This document shows, in pieces, positions 12,273-23,834 of a stretch of DNA of 64,000 nt. Origin of the DNA: Cyanophora paradoxa CCMP329. Its lineage: Eukaryota; Plantae; Glaucophyta. The position numbers were made by a program, and so were the translations under genes. The stretch is from positions 95,560-159,559 of the forward strand of contig QPMI01000090.1 of NCBI GenBank assembly GCA_004431415.1, written 5' to 3'. Every line of letters begins with the position of its first letter. Position 1 is the first letter of the stretch. Below the pieces are notes generated by a model that was given only the letters and a program-made list of their open reading frames with translations, was not told where the DNA came from and ran no database searches.

Positions 12273-15200
12273 ATGGACTTCTTCCGCGACGACCGGGAGG
12301 CCAAGGCGCGCGAGATCCTCGGCGATCTCCACGGCATCGATCGCATCGTCAAGCAGGCGCGCCCGGACGCGCCCGCGCAATGAGCTGAAACATTTTTCTC
12401 CCGTGCGCGGATCATGATCGCTGCAGCAGATCGTGAAGACGCAGGAGAAGGCGCTCGAGGACTGGGAGAAGGCCGAAATCGCGCTGGCCGAGGCTTGGGA
12501 GGAGAAACGGCCGCGGGCGCAGGGCACCGGCTCCGACCGCGCCGGCGACCGCAAGCCGGATGCGACGCTCCTCTCCGTCAGCATGTGGTCTGTAGATTTT
12601 TTTGAAGGCTGGAAGGGCTTCCTGTGCACGTGGCGGTCGTTTAAATTTCCTTGACGATTCGGACCGCGGTCGTTAATTCGGGCCCGGCCCCGCAGCGCGG
12701 ACATGGACAAGGCGACGAAGGCCGTTCTGAAGGACGGCGAGAAAATTCGCTTCTGTGCGCATTCTCGAGCATCCGATCGCGATGACCCAAATTAAAAACG
12801 CTGTTGATTTGAGCTTGCTGTTATAATTAGCCGCACTTGCACTGCGGCAGCCGGCGCCGTGCAAAATAATTGCAGCTGCAGCCAGCATTTTAATTTCGCG
12901 CGCATGTTAGATATCGATAAAAGATTGATGTTCGCTCATTCGAATTCTCATCAATATTTTCTCTTGTGCATACGTATACAGATTCCGTGCTCAAATATCT
13001 GGTGCGTCCGGTGCCTTCCAGCTGCAGGCCTAGGAGCTCGTAATCGTGCCGGCGCCCGTGCTAATTTTTACAAACAACTAAAATTCAACGACGGGGCAGG
13101 ATTTGGTGCGGGACGCGGAAGGGAAGTACCGGCTGGTAAGCTGCCTCAGGCTCTCTAATGATCTAGATATGCGCTTTCGCGCTAGCGCTCTCCGGGGCGG
13201 CGTCTGAGCGGGGGGCGCGGGGCGGGGGCCGGGGCAGTACCACCGGAAGGCGAGCCCCGTGGCGGTGGAGGAGGGCGCGGGGGGCCGCGGCGCCGAGCTC
13301 TCCGAGCTCGTCGTCTTCAACGGCGACCTCCTCACGGCGCGCGCGCGTCTACTATATATTCGATTCCATGTTCGACCCGCTTTCGAAGGGACTTGCGCTG
13401 ACCGAGGGGGCAGGTGGACGACCGGACGGGGATTGTGTACGCGGTGCAGGACCCGCTCGGGTCCGGGGCGGGGGCCGGGCACGTCCACGGGAGCCTCGTG
13501 AAGCGGGCGGAGCTCGGCACCGCCGCCGGCGAGCTCGAGGGGGCCCACGGGCACGGGCACGGGCGCCCCTTCAAGGCCGAGTGGGCCCTCGTCAAGGACG
13601 GCCGCCTCTTCGTCGGGTTCGAATTTACTCTCGGCCCGTTTAAGCATCTGAATAATCTAAATCTGGAGCTGAGGAGGGACCCGACCCGGGGCGGGGCGCG
13701 GCGACCGGTACCAGGTCCCACGGCAACCTGCAGAAGAAGCGATCCCTTTTCGTCAAGGTCCGTCTGCGCTGCGCATAAACTTTTGAAATATGCGCGCCCT
13801 CAAAGAGAGTCCGACCCGCGCCCTCAGGTCGTCGAGGGGGACTGGCGGGTGCGGACGGAGGACTGGACGGAGCGCTACACCAAGCTCGCCCAGGCGGCCG
13901 GCGTCCCTGCCGGCGTGCGCGCGACCGTCGTCCGGCCTGCAGCTGGCCCCGAGAGAAAGAAGTGTTGCAGTGTAATTGGCCGGTTCGTTCGCAGGGGTAC
14001 TGCGTGTTCGAGGCGGCCGAGTGGCTCGAGGAGCAGCGGAAGTGGATATTCCTCCCGCGCCGCGTCGTCCGCGGTGCGCATGCGAGAATCGATATCTTTC
14101 TAAACGCACAAGCTCAAGCAGCTCGAAAATTTAAATTGAAAATTTTCTCGTCGAAGTTGGAAATGCGCCTCATATCTAGATTTGATTTGCTGGGGGCGCA
14201 GAGGGGGCGACGGCGGAGGCGCTGCTGCCCTTCACGGGCTCGAACCTCCTCCTGGAGGCCGACGAGGACTTCGCCGCCGTCCGCCCCGCCCAGGCCCGGC
14301 CCCGCCCCGGCCCCCGGAGCCCGCGATAAAACCGGACGCGTACGTACGCGACGGGACTCGCTTGAGCTTCGGCGGCATGCGCAGGTCCCGCTGGCCAACG
14401 AGCCCTCGCGCACCTTCTCGACCGTCAAGGCCGTCCCCGGGTTCGAATTCGCGGAGCCGGGCCCGGAGCCGCGCTCGATTGCAAATTAATTATTTTATTT
14501 GGTTGGAACCTTGCAGCGGGCTCGAGCACACGTTTTCCAATTCTAGGTCGACCTCTCAATCTAAATCTAGATCTAACAGGTGCCGCAGCTTCCCTGGAGA
14601 GCTCCTGGCGCTCAAGACCGTCGAGGCGCGCCGCGCGCCCCGGCCCCGCCCCGGGGGGCCCGCCCTTTGATTTCTCTCAACCCGACTTTGACCTCCTGAT
14701 CGCTCGACCTCGGCCAGTTCGACACGGAGTGCTCGACGTACGTGGCGACCTTCGGGGCCGACGGGCGCCTCCTCCTCCCCGAGACCTTCGTCTGCGCCGC
14801 CAAGTTCGAGGGCGCGCCACGTGCCCGTGCACCCCGCCGCCGCGCGCGCCCCTCGCTCGAGCCCCGAGAGATAGCGGAGATCAAGAGTCGTGCGCCTGCA
14901 CCTGGGTCGACCCCATCATGATCATAAGCTTCGGGGGGCGCAGGGCTCGCCGTGACCAAGTCCGAGGCGGTGGCGACGCGGGACGTCGAGCGTGCGAGCC
15001 CGATCGCGAGCCCAAGCTTGAGCTCGAGCCGGCGGCGCCGAGCACGAGCGCGAATCGCGTCGAGTTGATCAGCGAGCGCAGTACCTGCGAAACTGGAGGC
15101 GGCCGCCGCCGCCTCTCGCCGCAGCATCGACGACGCGACGAGGGTGATCATGATCGAGTTCGAATTCGCCGCGAAAAACATTAGAGCGACGGCTGGCGTT

Positions 15201-15394
15201 CGATCTGTGAGCGCCCGTCGCGCAGCTGTACTGCATCGCAAAGGAGTCCACGGCGCGCACCCAGGAAGGTCCGACCGCGCGCGCACGCGCTGCCATCGCA
15301 ACGCCATCGCGCGTAGCACGATTTCGATTTCGATTTCGTCGATCCAGCTCTGAAGGCGATGGCGCGCGACAACAAGCTGGATCCGGAGGCCTAA
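12273..15394 (+). CDS. Calcium-activated nucleotidase (CANT1/Cimex-type apyrase) homolog with helical N- and C-terminal extensions
   Basis: Exons encode ADMDK, GRGAELSELVVFNGDLLT|VDDRTGIVY, FKAEWALVKDGRLFVG, EDWTERY, GYCVFEAAEW...WIFLPRR, GSNLLLEADEDF, RTFSTVKAVPG, LLALKTVE and DGRLLLPETFVCAAKFEG, in the same order as CANT1. Some small internal exons near 12720-13250 are unresolved. Confidence 0.85.
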
Positions 15395-15921
15395 ATATAT
15401 ATAGGACCTTACATTTGACAGCTGCTGAGTACGCGGACCGCGGTCCAGCACGCGCGCGCACGTGCACCATGCCAGCGCGCGCTAGCGTCGCGCGCGCGCG
15501 GGGCGGCCGCGACCGCGGCCGGGCCATGTCGCGCTCTGACTGCCGGAGTGCGAGGTTAATGTTCAAAATGAATTCGAAATAGCTCATCACAAAATCCCAG
15601 CGCTAGCTGAGCTCGAGCTCGAGGGCCTTACTCTGACCAAGCCTAGGCCTGAAGCTTGAATTCGAAGGCTAGCTAGCGCTGTAGCTCGAGCTAGCGATCG
15701 GATCCGGAGCCGGGGGGAGTGTACTGGCCGGCTGAGCCCGGCTCCGTGCAGCTGCTGCACGGCTCCAGCTGTGCAGCGTCGATGCGTGGGCGCCGCTGGG
15801 GCCGATGGCCGTCGTACCCCTTTCCGCGAAAAAAGTCGGCAAGCGGAACGTTGTTTTCCAGCGAGCCGGCCGCAGCGGGACGTACTCAGGACCGCACTGA
15901 GCTGAACAAGAGCCTGGCGGG

Positions 15922-17991
15922 ATGGATCTCCACGATCCAATGGGCAGCCTGTTCCTGGGGCATGTGCCCGGGGCTATCCAAGACTCGCACGAGCATGAGC
16001 CGGATAGCACGAGCCAAGAAGGCATCACGTTGGCGGCGCGCGACGAGCTCCTGACCCAGCTGCGGGCCGGACGCGGTAAGCTCGCGCACACCCTCGCACA
16101 CCAGCCGGCACTCACGCCGGCGCTGCAGGGGCGCATATGCGAGCAAGGCTGCAGCGGAGCGGCTCCATGCCGCAGTCGGCGTCGGGGCGGCGGCCGGCGC
16201 GCTACACGGAGGACGTGGAGGAGCCGGAGCCGGTCGCTGCGCCGGCGGCGACGACGAGCGCGCGGCAGCTCTCGCGGAGCGCGTCGCTGGCGATGGACGG
16301 CGGCCCGGCGAGCGCGCGGAGCCTCGCGGAGCAGGAGCTCGACTCGGCCGTCATCTCCCCCACGATGGGCCAGGAAGCGCCCCCCGTGCGGCCCCGGCCC
16401 GCCCCGCCGGCACGCCGCCCGGGCCTCACCGGCGCCCGCGCAGGACCACCAGGAGCAGCACCCCACCTCGTCGCTCTCCGTACCCCGCACGCTGCCCTCC
16501 CAGCCCCTCGACCCCCGCAGCCTCCTCTTCTCGTGCGGCCCCGCCCTGCCCCGCCCCGCCCTACCCCGCCTCGCGGCGAGGCGGGCGCCGACGCGAGGGG
16601 CGGGGCAGCCCGCCCCCGCCGGGCGTCAAGATCCAGTGCCAGGTCGTCCGCGACCGCAGCGGCATCGGCAATCGCCTCAACCCCCAGGTGGCCCCGCGCC
16701 CGTCCCCCGGCTCGCGCCGGCTGACGGGCGGGGGGCCAGTTCTACGTGTACCTGACGGAGGGGCGGCTGTTCGCGCTGTGCGCGCGGCGGCGGCGGGAGA
16801 AGAAGGCGTCCATCTACCACGTCTCCGTCGAGAAGGACGACCTCCGCCACCCCACCGCCTTCCTCGCCCGCGTCCTGTCCGCCCGCCGCGCGCCGCCGCT
16901 CGCAGCCGGGCGGGTGCCTGAGGGGGGCGGGCGGGGGCAGGGCGAACGCGCTGGGGACGCAGTTCACGGTGGTGGACCGGGGGTGCGAGCCGGAGGAGGT
17001 GGGGCGCCCCGAGGCGGCCGGCCAGGAGATCCGCCAGGAGCTCGCCGCCGTCATCTACGTCCGCCCCGCGCCCCCGCCCCGCCCCGCCCCGCGCGCCCCT
17101 GACGGCCCGGCCCGCGCAGGACGTGCAGCGGACGGCGCCGGGGGCGGCCCCGGGCCCCGCAGCATGACCTGCGCCATCCCCGTGGTGCCCGCGCCCCGCG
17201 CCCCGCCCCGCCCCTCCCGACGCTGCCGCGCCCAGGTGGAGCACGGGTCTCGGAGGGTCATCCGGCCCGTGCGCCTCGCCCCGCCCGCCCGCCTCCCGCC
17301 GCCGACCCGCCCGCGCGCAGGCCAGCGCCGAGGACGGCATCATCAGCGTGCGCCGGCCGCCCCTCGCCCCCGCCGCCCGCGCGCGCCGGCCCACGCGCGG
17401 GCGGCAGCGGATGCGGCAGCGGAACACGGACGGCCTGATGATCCTCCGCACCCTCGAGCCGAAGTGGAACCAGCGTGAGCCGATCCCCCGCCGCGCCGGG
17501 CGCGGCGGGGGCTCAGGGCGCCCCCCCGCAGAGATCAAGGCGTACTGCCTGGACTTCCAGGGGCGGGTGACGACGCCCTCGGTGAAGAACTTCCAGCTGG
17601 TGGAGAGCTCGACGGCCGAGCTCGCCGCACCCCCCGTCCTCCTCCAGTTCGGCAAGGTCCGGCCGGCGCCCCGCGGGGCCCGGGCGGGGCCGGCCGTGGA
17701 GGAGCGGGGCCGGGGCGCAGGTGGGGAAGGAGGAGTTCACGATGGACTTCACGGCGCCCCTCTCCCTCGTCCAGGCCTTCGGCATCTGCCTGTGCGCCCC
17801 GCCCCGCCCCGCCCCGCCGCCGGGGCCCCGCGCCCCTCCCTCCCCGCTCGGCGTCGCCCTCTCACCGACCCCCCTATCCGCTCTCCGCAGATCCTCGTTC
17901 GATGAGAAGCGCGCCCTCTGCTGTCGAATCCCTCGCCCGCCCAGCCGCTGACTCACCCCTTTCCTCCCGCAGGTTACTGGATCTCAAGTAG
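15922..17991 (+). CDS. Tubby-domain protein (TULP family)
   Basis: [113 protein letters not shown]. Confidence 0.93.
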
Positions 17992-18586
17992 GTAAACCAG
18001 CAGTTACAGTAGACAGTTTAGAGTCGACCCATGTGACTCCATTGCGAGTTCATTGAAGCAGCAGCACGCGCGGCGCAGGCGGGGGTGCACGTGGGGCGAG
18101 GGCGAGGGAAGGGGGGCGTGGAGATGCCGCGGGCGGGGCCCTTGGGTGCCTTCCCGTTCGTATATACGCGTGTGCCCGGCACCGACCAGCATCAAAAAGC
18201 CCCGGCCTCCAGTTGGCGACAGGGGCCGGGCCGGGCTCCTCCGATCCGAGGAGCCGGGCCCTCGGCCCTCTGCAGCTGGGGCTCGGCCCCTGGGCGGTGA
18301 GCTACCCGACCTGCCGCCCGCCAGGCTCTCCCTTCGCTGCCCGCTGTCAGCGCAGACCCAAATGCCCCTGCAGGGAAGAGGGGGCGGAGCGCACAGGTCT
18401 GGCCAGTCGAGGGAGCGTGGGCATGCCCCCGCTGTGCGCGATAAACTTTGTCGGGCTCGCGGCGATCACTTCTTGTGGCCGTGCCCCTTCGCTGAAGCGC
18501 ACGGAGTGGGAACGCCGGACACAAGTAGCGAAAGCAGAGGCGGGGCGGACCCTTCCCGTGGCCCTGGCCTTCCGCGGCGGCTGCGC

Positions 18587-19950
18587 TCAGAAAGCCGAAC
18601 CTGCGGCCGCGCCAGTCAGGGGGTGGCGGCGGGGCGAGGGGGTACCCGCGAACTTCTCGAGCGTGACGCGCGCGCGCTCGTTGATGTGCTTGAAGCGGTC
18701 GGGGCCCTGCGAGGGTTCAGGTAGCGCTGAGCTGCGCCGCGCACGCGCGCGGGCCGGGGCCGGGGCGCGGGGCGGGGCGCACGAGCTGGATGCCGCCGAA
18801 CCAGCGCGTGACGACGACCAGCGCGTCCCGCACGTCCATCAGCTGCGCGCGCCGCCCCCGCGCTCGCCGGGGGTACGCGGGCGTTCGGGGGGTACGGGGC
18901 GGCGGACGACGAGGAGGGCGAGGAGCTTGTCGCCGGCGCCCGTCTCCCCGTCGTCGTCCCGCGCCTCCTCCCACTGGCTCTCCCCCACCCTGAACCGCCT
19001 GCCCCCGCCCCCGGCCCCCGTTCGCCCGCAGGCGCCGGCGCGCGAAGCAAGGCGATGGCTAACGGCCGCGCACCAGGCGGCGATGTTGTGCGTTGCGTTC
19101 GCGATCTTCTTGTCCTCGTACAGCTTCGCGATGACAGCCCGCACCTGACCCCGCGGCCGAGTCAGCGGGAGCGGAGGGCGGCCCGCTGCGCGGCCGGCGC
19201 GCCTCGTCGTCGGAGTGCACAGCGGCGACGTGCGCGACGAACTGAGCGCCGCGTGAGCTGCGCGCGCGGCCGGAGGCGCGCGCGGCGGTGTCGGACCTTC
19301 GACTTGCGGTCGGTGATCGGGTCTCCTGTGTGGATCGGGGGGCATGGGCACCGCGGCGGCTCGGGCTGCGGCTTCGGCGGCTGCTGCCTCGCTTCCTCGC
19401 ACTCTGACCTGCCGGCGCTGCCCTGGCTGGCCGTGCTGCCGCTCCGGTCCGGCGGGCTCTTCTGCTGCAGCTCCAGCCTCGCGTCCTCGTACAGCCGCGT
19501 TGCGTTCTCGCGCACCCTGCCCTACGCGTCACCCGCAATGGCCGCGGAAGCGCGACGAGCTTACCACTCAATCTGCTGAAAGAGATGCCCCTCGCCATTT
19601 GCCTCGATCGAGATAGATTGCAGGTTCTCGCATATCTTTTATCGATCGTGCCCGCGTAAGCGAGGACCGGAGCGCGACGCGCGCTCGCGCGCGCTGACCT
19701 CCTGCAGGTCCCGCTCCCGCACCCACGAGTTCTTGTAGCGCGAGACGACGAGCGGCGCTTCCGCCGGGTAAGCGGTCGGCAGGATGAACTGCAGCGCGAG
19801 AGGCTCCGGCGGGGGCCAGCCGGCGACGCCACTTGCGTCCGGCCTGACGTTGATCTCAAACGAAGGCGGCTCGCCGGCAGCGCTCGACCCGCGCTTGAAG
19901 TCTTCGCCGTAAATGGCCTCGAGCGCCACGAACTCGTCCTCCAGGCTCAT
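18587..19950 (-). CDS. IMPACT: IMPACT/YIH1 protein (RWD + UPF0029 ancient domain)
   Basis: RWD domain (EDEFVALEAIYG...LPTAYPAEAP) followed by PIHTGDPITDRKSKFVAH, KKIANATHNIAAWR, DDDGETGAGDKLL and VVVTRWFGGIQLGPDRFKHIN. Confidence 0.95.
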
Positions 19951-20015
19951 GGCGCGACTAGGCGATTCACCTATACCCGGCTATTCGTCAAACCTGTGTG
20001 TACCCAGCCAAGAAG
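19951..20015. promoter_or_regulatory. Putative bidirectional promoter between IMPACT and S1/P1 nuclease
   Basis: Only 65 bp separate the divergent ATGs. Confidence 0.55.
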
Positions 20016-22331
20016 ATGCGGCCTGCTGAGAAAGCAGCGCTGCTGTTGCTGCTGGGCCTGTGCGCAAGCCCTGCGTTCGCGTGGTGGGCTGTCGGACACC
20101 AGGTGGTGGCGGAGGTCGCGTTTCGCAACATTAAACAGTCCAGCGCCGATCGCATCGCGGAGCTTATAAAGGGTGCGACATTTTTTCCCCTTAGTCTCGT
20201 CCTTTCTCGTGTACGCGCGCCGCGCCGCCGACCAAGCGCGCGCAGTCTTTACGGACGAGTACCCGACCTTTACGTCGATATCCGACCTTGCTACATGGCC
20301 AGATGACATTAAGGAGCACGGTAGGGAAGTTCCAAAGCCTGCAGCTGCGGCGGCCCTGCTGACCGTCGGCAAGGGGTCGGCGTGTATGATGCCTGGCATT
20401 TCATCGACATCCCCATCGCCCCGGACCCCAGCTACGCCCCGAATTGCCCGCCTCAGTCCCAGAACGTCGTCTGGAGCACGAACTCGGCACGCCCTTTCCC
20501 GTGCCCTCTCCCGGCAGCAAGCCGCGCCCTCTCACGCACGCGCGCCCCCTCTGCACCAGGCGCTCTCCATCTTGAAGAGCGCCCGGGCGACGAAGTTTGA
20601 GAAGGCCACGTTCCTCAAGTGCGCCTGCGCCGGCCCCGCCCGCCCGCTGCGCGCTGCCCGCGCCGAGCTGAACGTTCCCCCTCGGCAGCTTCCTCATCCA
20701 CTTCGTGGGTGCGCGCCTCCGCCGCCGCCTCGCGTGGGGCGCTCGTGCGGCTCACCGGCGCGGGCTCGCAGGCGACTCGCACCAGCCGCTCCACTGCTCC
20801 ACCCTCTACAGCGCCGTGCGCCTGCAGCCCGGCGCTACGCAATCCGCGCGGCTCCGCGCTGACACTGCACCCGGCCGCAGGACTTTCCGGATGGGGTACG
20901 CAAATTCCGAGGGTCCTCGCGATCCGCCAACCCGCCCCACAGGACCGCGGCGGCAACAAGTTCATCCTCCCAAGTGCGTCTGGCCCACGCGCCGGTACCC
21001 GTGTCCTGCTCACTCACTCCTGCAGGCGGCAACCTGCACGCGCTCTGGGACGGCGGATTCGGCCTCTTTGTCGGGTAAGGGGCGCGGGTCCCGCCGCCGG
21101 CCAGTGCCCGACCAGTAACCCGTACCCCCGCAGGCAGGCGAGGCACCCGACGGACGAGTCGACGAAGGAGCGCCTCGCGAAGATCGCCGACGACGTGACG
21201 GCCATGTACCCCCCGTCCTCCCTCGCCGCGGAGCTCGCCGTGAAGGTGGGTCCTCTCTCGTCTACCGGGGGGTGCGGGAGCGGGACTGGGCGGGGCAGGA
21301 CGCGATGGAGTGGGCGAGGGGCAGCGCGGGGGTCGGGGAGTGGGCGCGGGCGGCGCTGCCCGAGGGCCGGCGCCCCTCGGGGGCCTACCTCAACGCCTCG
21401 CTCTCCGCCGTGCGGCGGCAGGCGGCCCTTGCCGGCTACCGCCTCGCCGCCGCCCTCGACGAGGCCTTCGCCGCCGAGGCCCTCGCCGTTGCGGCCGACG
21501 CGGCGGCCCGGGCGCTGCTGCGGCCCTGGCCCGAGGCGGCCGGCTCGGAGGCGGGGCGCCGGGCCCGGGCCTTCGCGGTGGGGCGCGGCCTCTCCGTCGC
21601 CGCCTTCTTCACCCTCCTCGCCGGCCTCGCCTCCTTCCGCTTCCTCCTCCGCCGCCGCCGCGCCCGCGCCCGGCGGCGGCCCGCCCGACGGCGCCCGCCC
21701 CGCACGCGCGGCCGCCCGCCCCCGCGCACCTCCTGGCGGCCCCTCGCGGAGCCGGCCGGCGCGCCCGCAACAGGAGCAGGAGCAGCAGCAGCAGCAGCAG
21801 CACAGGCACAGGACGAGGGCGGCGGCGGCGGCGGCGGGGCGGCAGCCGAGCAGTAGGGCGGTCCGCAGGCGCCGCCGAATCGAACCGAACGGGCCGAACG
21901 GGCGCTCTCGAAGCTCCGCTAAGGCGGGGGTCTAGCTATAGCGCGGGGGGGCAGGCCGATGGCGAGCGGGGTCCGGGGGCGGGCTCTGACGGGGCGCTCC
22001 GGGCAGGACTTCCAGGGGTGGGCCGACGGCGTCCACAAGGTCGCCCAGGACGTGCGCCGCCCCGTCAACCGAGCCGCCTGCGCGCCCCGCGGGTCCTGTC
22101 CCCTGACGACCCCCCCCGCAGGTGGTGTACAACGGGATCCGGGAGGGGGAGAAGCCGTCGCAGGGGTACCTGGACACGGGGATCCGCACGGTGAAGCGGC
22201 AGATGGCGCTCGCGGGGTACCGCCTCGCCTCGCTCCTGGACCAGGCCCTCGCCAACGCCGCGCCCTTGTCCGCCCACCCCCGCCGCGACGCCGCCGTCCC
22301 GCCCCTCCGCGGCCACGCCGGCGACGTCTAG
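20016..22331 (+). CDS. S1/P1 nuclease with signal peptide and two alternative 3' exon sets (21299-21856 with TM anchor; 22007-22051 + 22122-22331 soluble)
   Basis: Signal peptide ending AFA, then mature WWAVGHQVVA; WPDDIK; WHFID; FLIHFVGDSHQPLH; DRGGN; NLHALWD (zinc-ligand motifs). The terminal helix motif QxALAGYRLAxxLD occurs twice, once in each alternative 3' exon set. Confidence 0.93.
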
Positions 22332-22553
22332 AGCCGCGTTCGAAGTCTAGCTTTTTGTTTTGGCCGCGGCGCCGGCGGCCTCTTTGCCGTGGGGCCCCAC
22401 CGGTGTTTCCGCCCTCTTTTTCTTTGCTCACTGTATAGCCTTCGTCGGTATCTCTGTAACTCATTGCCACTACTAGTGATTTGTGCGAGGGGATACGATA
22501 CGTATACGGATACGGGTGCAGGCCTAAGGGCCGGGATCGCGATCGGACGGGCC

Positions 22554-23556
22554 CTAGGCGGAGTGCTGCCGCTGCTCGGGCGTCTTGCCTCGCCTCGCCT
22601 GGAACCAGCAGACCACCTTGTACTGCGGGAGCGCGCTCATATCAGGCCGCGGACGTCGACGGGGGGGCGGGGGATCGGGCGGGGCGGGGCGGACGTTGAT
22701 GTAGCCGGTGGAGGCGAGGGTGAGGCCCCAGGCGACCCGGTGGTTCACCACCATGCTCAGCCCGTAGTTGACGACCGTGCTCAGCGCCAGGCCCCCCACG
22801 TACGCCTGCCCCCGCCCCGCCCCCACGCTTCACGCGCCGCGCGCGACCCCCGCGTCTCCCAGCGCACCGCATACATATCCACTAGGCCGCGCGCGGAGAA
22901 GGTGCGATCGAAGACTGCCGCCGCGGCCGGGCGGGGTGAGCGGGGTGTCGGCCCGGGCAGGAGGCCGAGACCGCTACGCCGGATTCGCACCGATGAGCTG
23001 ATGCAGAACGTACTGCCAGGAGATGGAGAGCTGCGGAGCGCGCGCCGATGAGGCCGGGCGCTGGATTCGGCCGCACGATGGCAGGATCGGGCAGCTGCGC
23101 TTTGGGGGCGCGCGCGCACCAGGTAGCACACAGCCCACGAAAAACCGCTCGGGTTGTCGATCTTGTACTCCATCGACCCTATGCGCAGCGGGTTCGACTG
23201 CAGGTGCTGGAACATCGCTGCGCGCGCCAATCAGACCGGGCGCGGCTTCGAAGAGAGCTTTAGCTAGGCGGAGAAACCCTCACCGTCGTACTGCTCGCAG
23301 ATCGGGGGGATCGCGCGCAGACCGGCGGCGCATCAACGATATGATGAGCTGCGCGCCAGCGGTGGGGCTGGGATGGGAAGAGAAGGCGCACCGCTAGGAA
23401 AAAGAGCGCCGTGCCGATGCCACCGCTGATCTGCCGGGGAGGCGGGAACGTTGGGCGGCAGTTGGCCGATCAAATTCCGCGCCGGTCGCGCTGGCGCACC
23501 TGGAAGCGTATGAACCGCCCGGCCTCACCGCCAGCGCTCGCCGTTGCCTTTGCCAT
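22554..23556 (-). CDS. GtrA-family small multi-TM protein
   Basis: Spliced product MAKATASAGGEAGRFIRFQ|ISGGIGTALFFLA|YD|AMFQH...SWAVCYL|LSISWQYVLHQLI|VFDRTF...YA|AYVGGLALSTVVNYGLSM...VAWGLTLASTGYIN|YKVVCWF resembles the GtrA pattern (FxRFxxxGxxGT...YxLxxxxxF...NY). It needs a 7-nt microexon at 23284-23290. The start codon is uncertain. Confidence 0.65.
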
Positions 23557-23834
23557 CGATTGCAGCGTGAAGCAGCAACTCATGCACTGGGCCACCAGCC
23601 AGATGGTGCGTACCCCTGTCCTCAGGTTCGGCGCGGGCTCGCGCTGCGAAACCAAAGCGCCTCGAGACCAAAACACAAGGCGCGTCGAGTGCTAGCGCTC
23701 GCTAAAGTGGAAGCCTGCAAGAGGAGCGGATGTGGGGGCCGTGACACAAGGGTAGCTTTGGCCCTCTACCCCCCAAACGATCTCCGGCAGCGATTCCGCT
23801 CTTCACTCAGAATTGCGACACAGTGAGCTGCGAG

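Noticed and set aside
12273-22331. Apyrase plus S1/P1 nuclease as a nucleotide-scavenging gene cluster
   Set aside because: They are separated by unrelated Tubby and IMPACT genes, and the apyrase appears to lack secretory targeting. There is no evidence beyond proximity.
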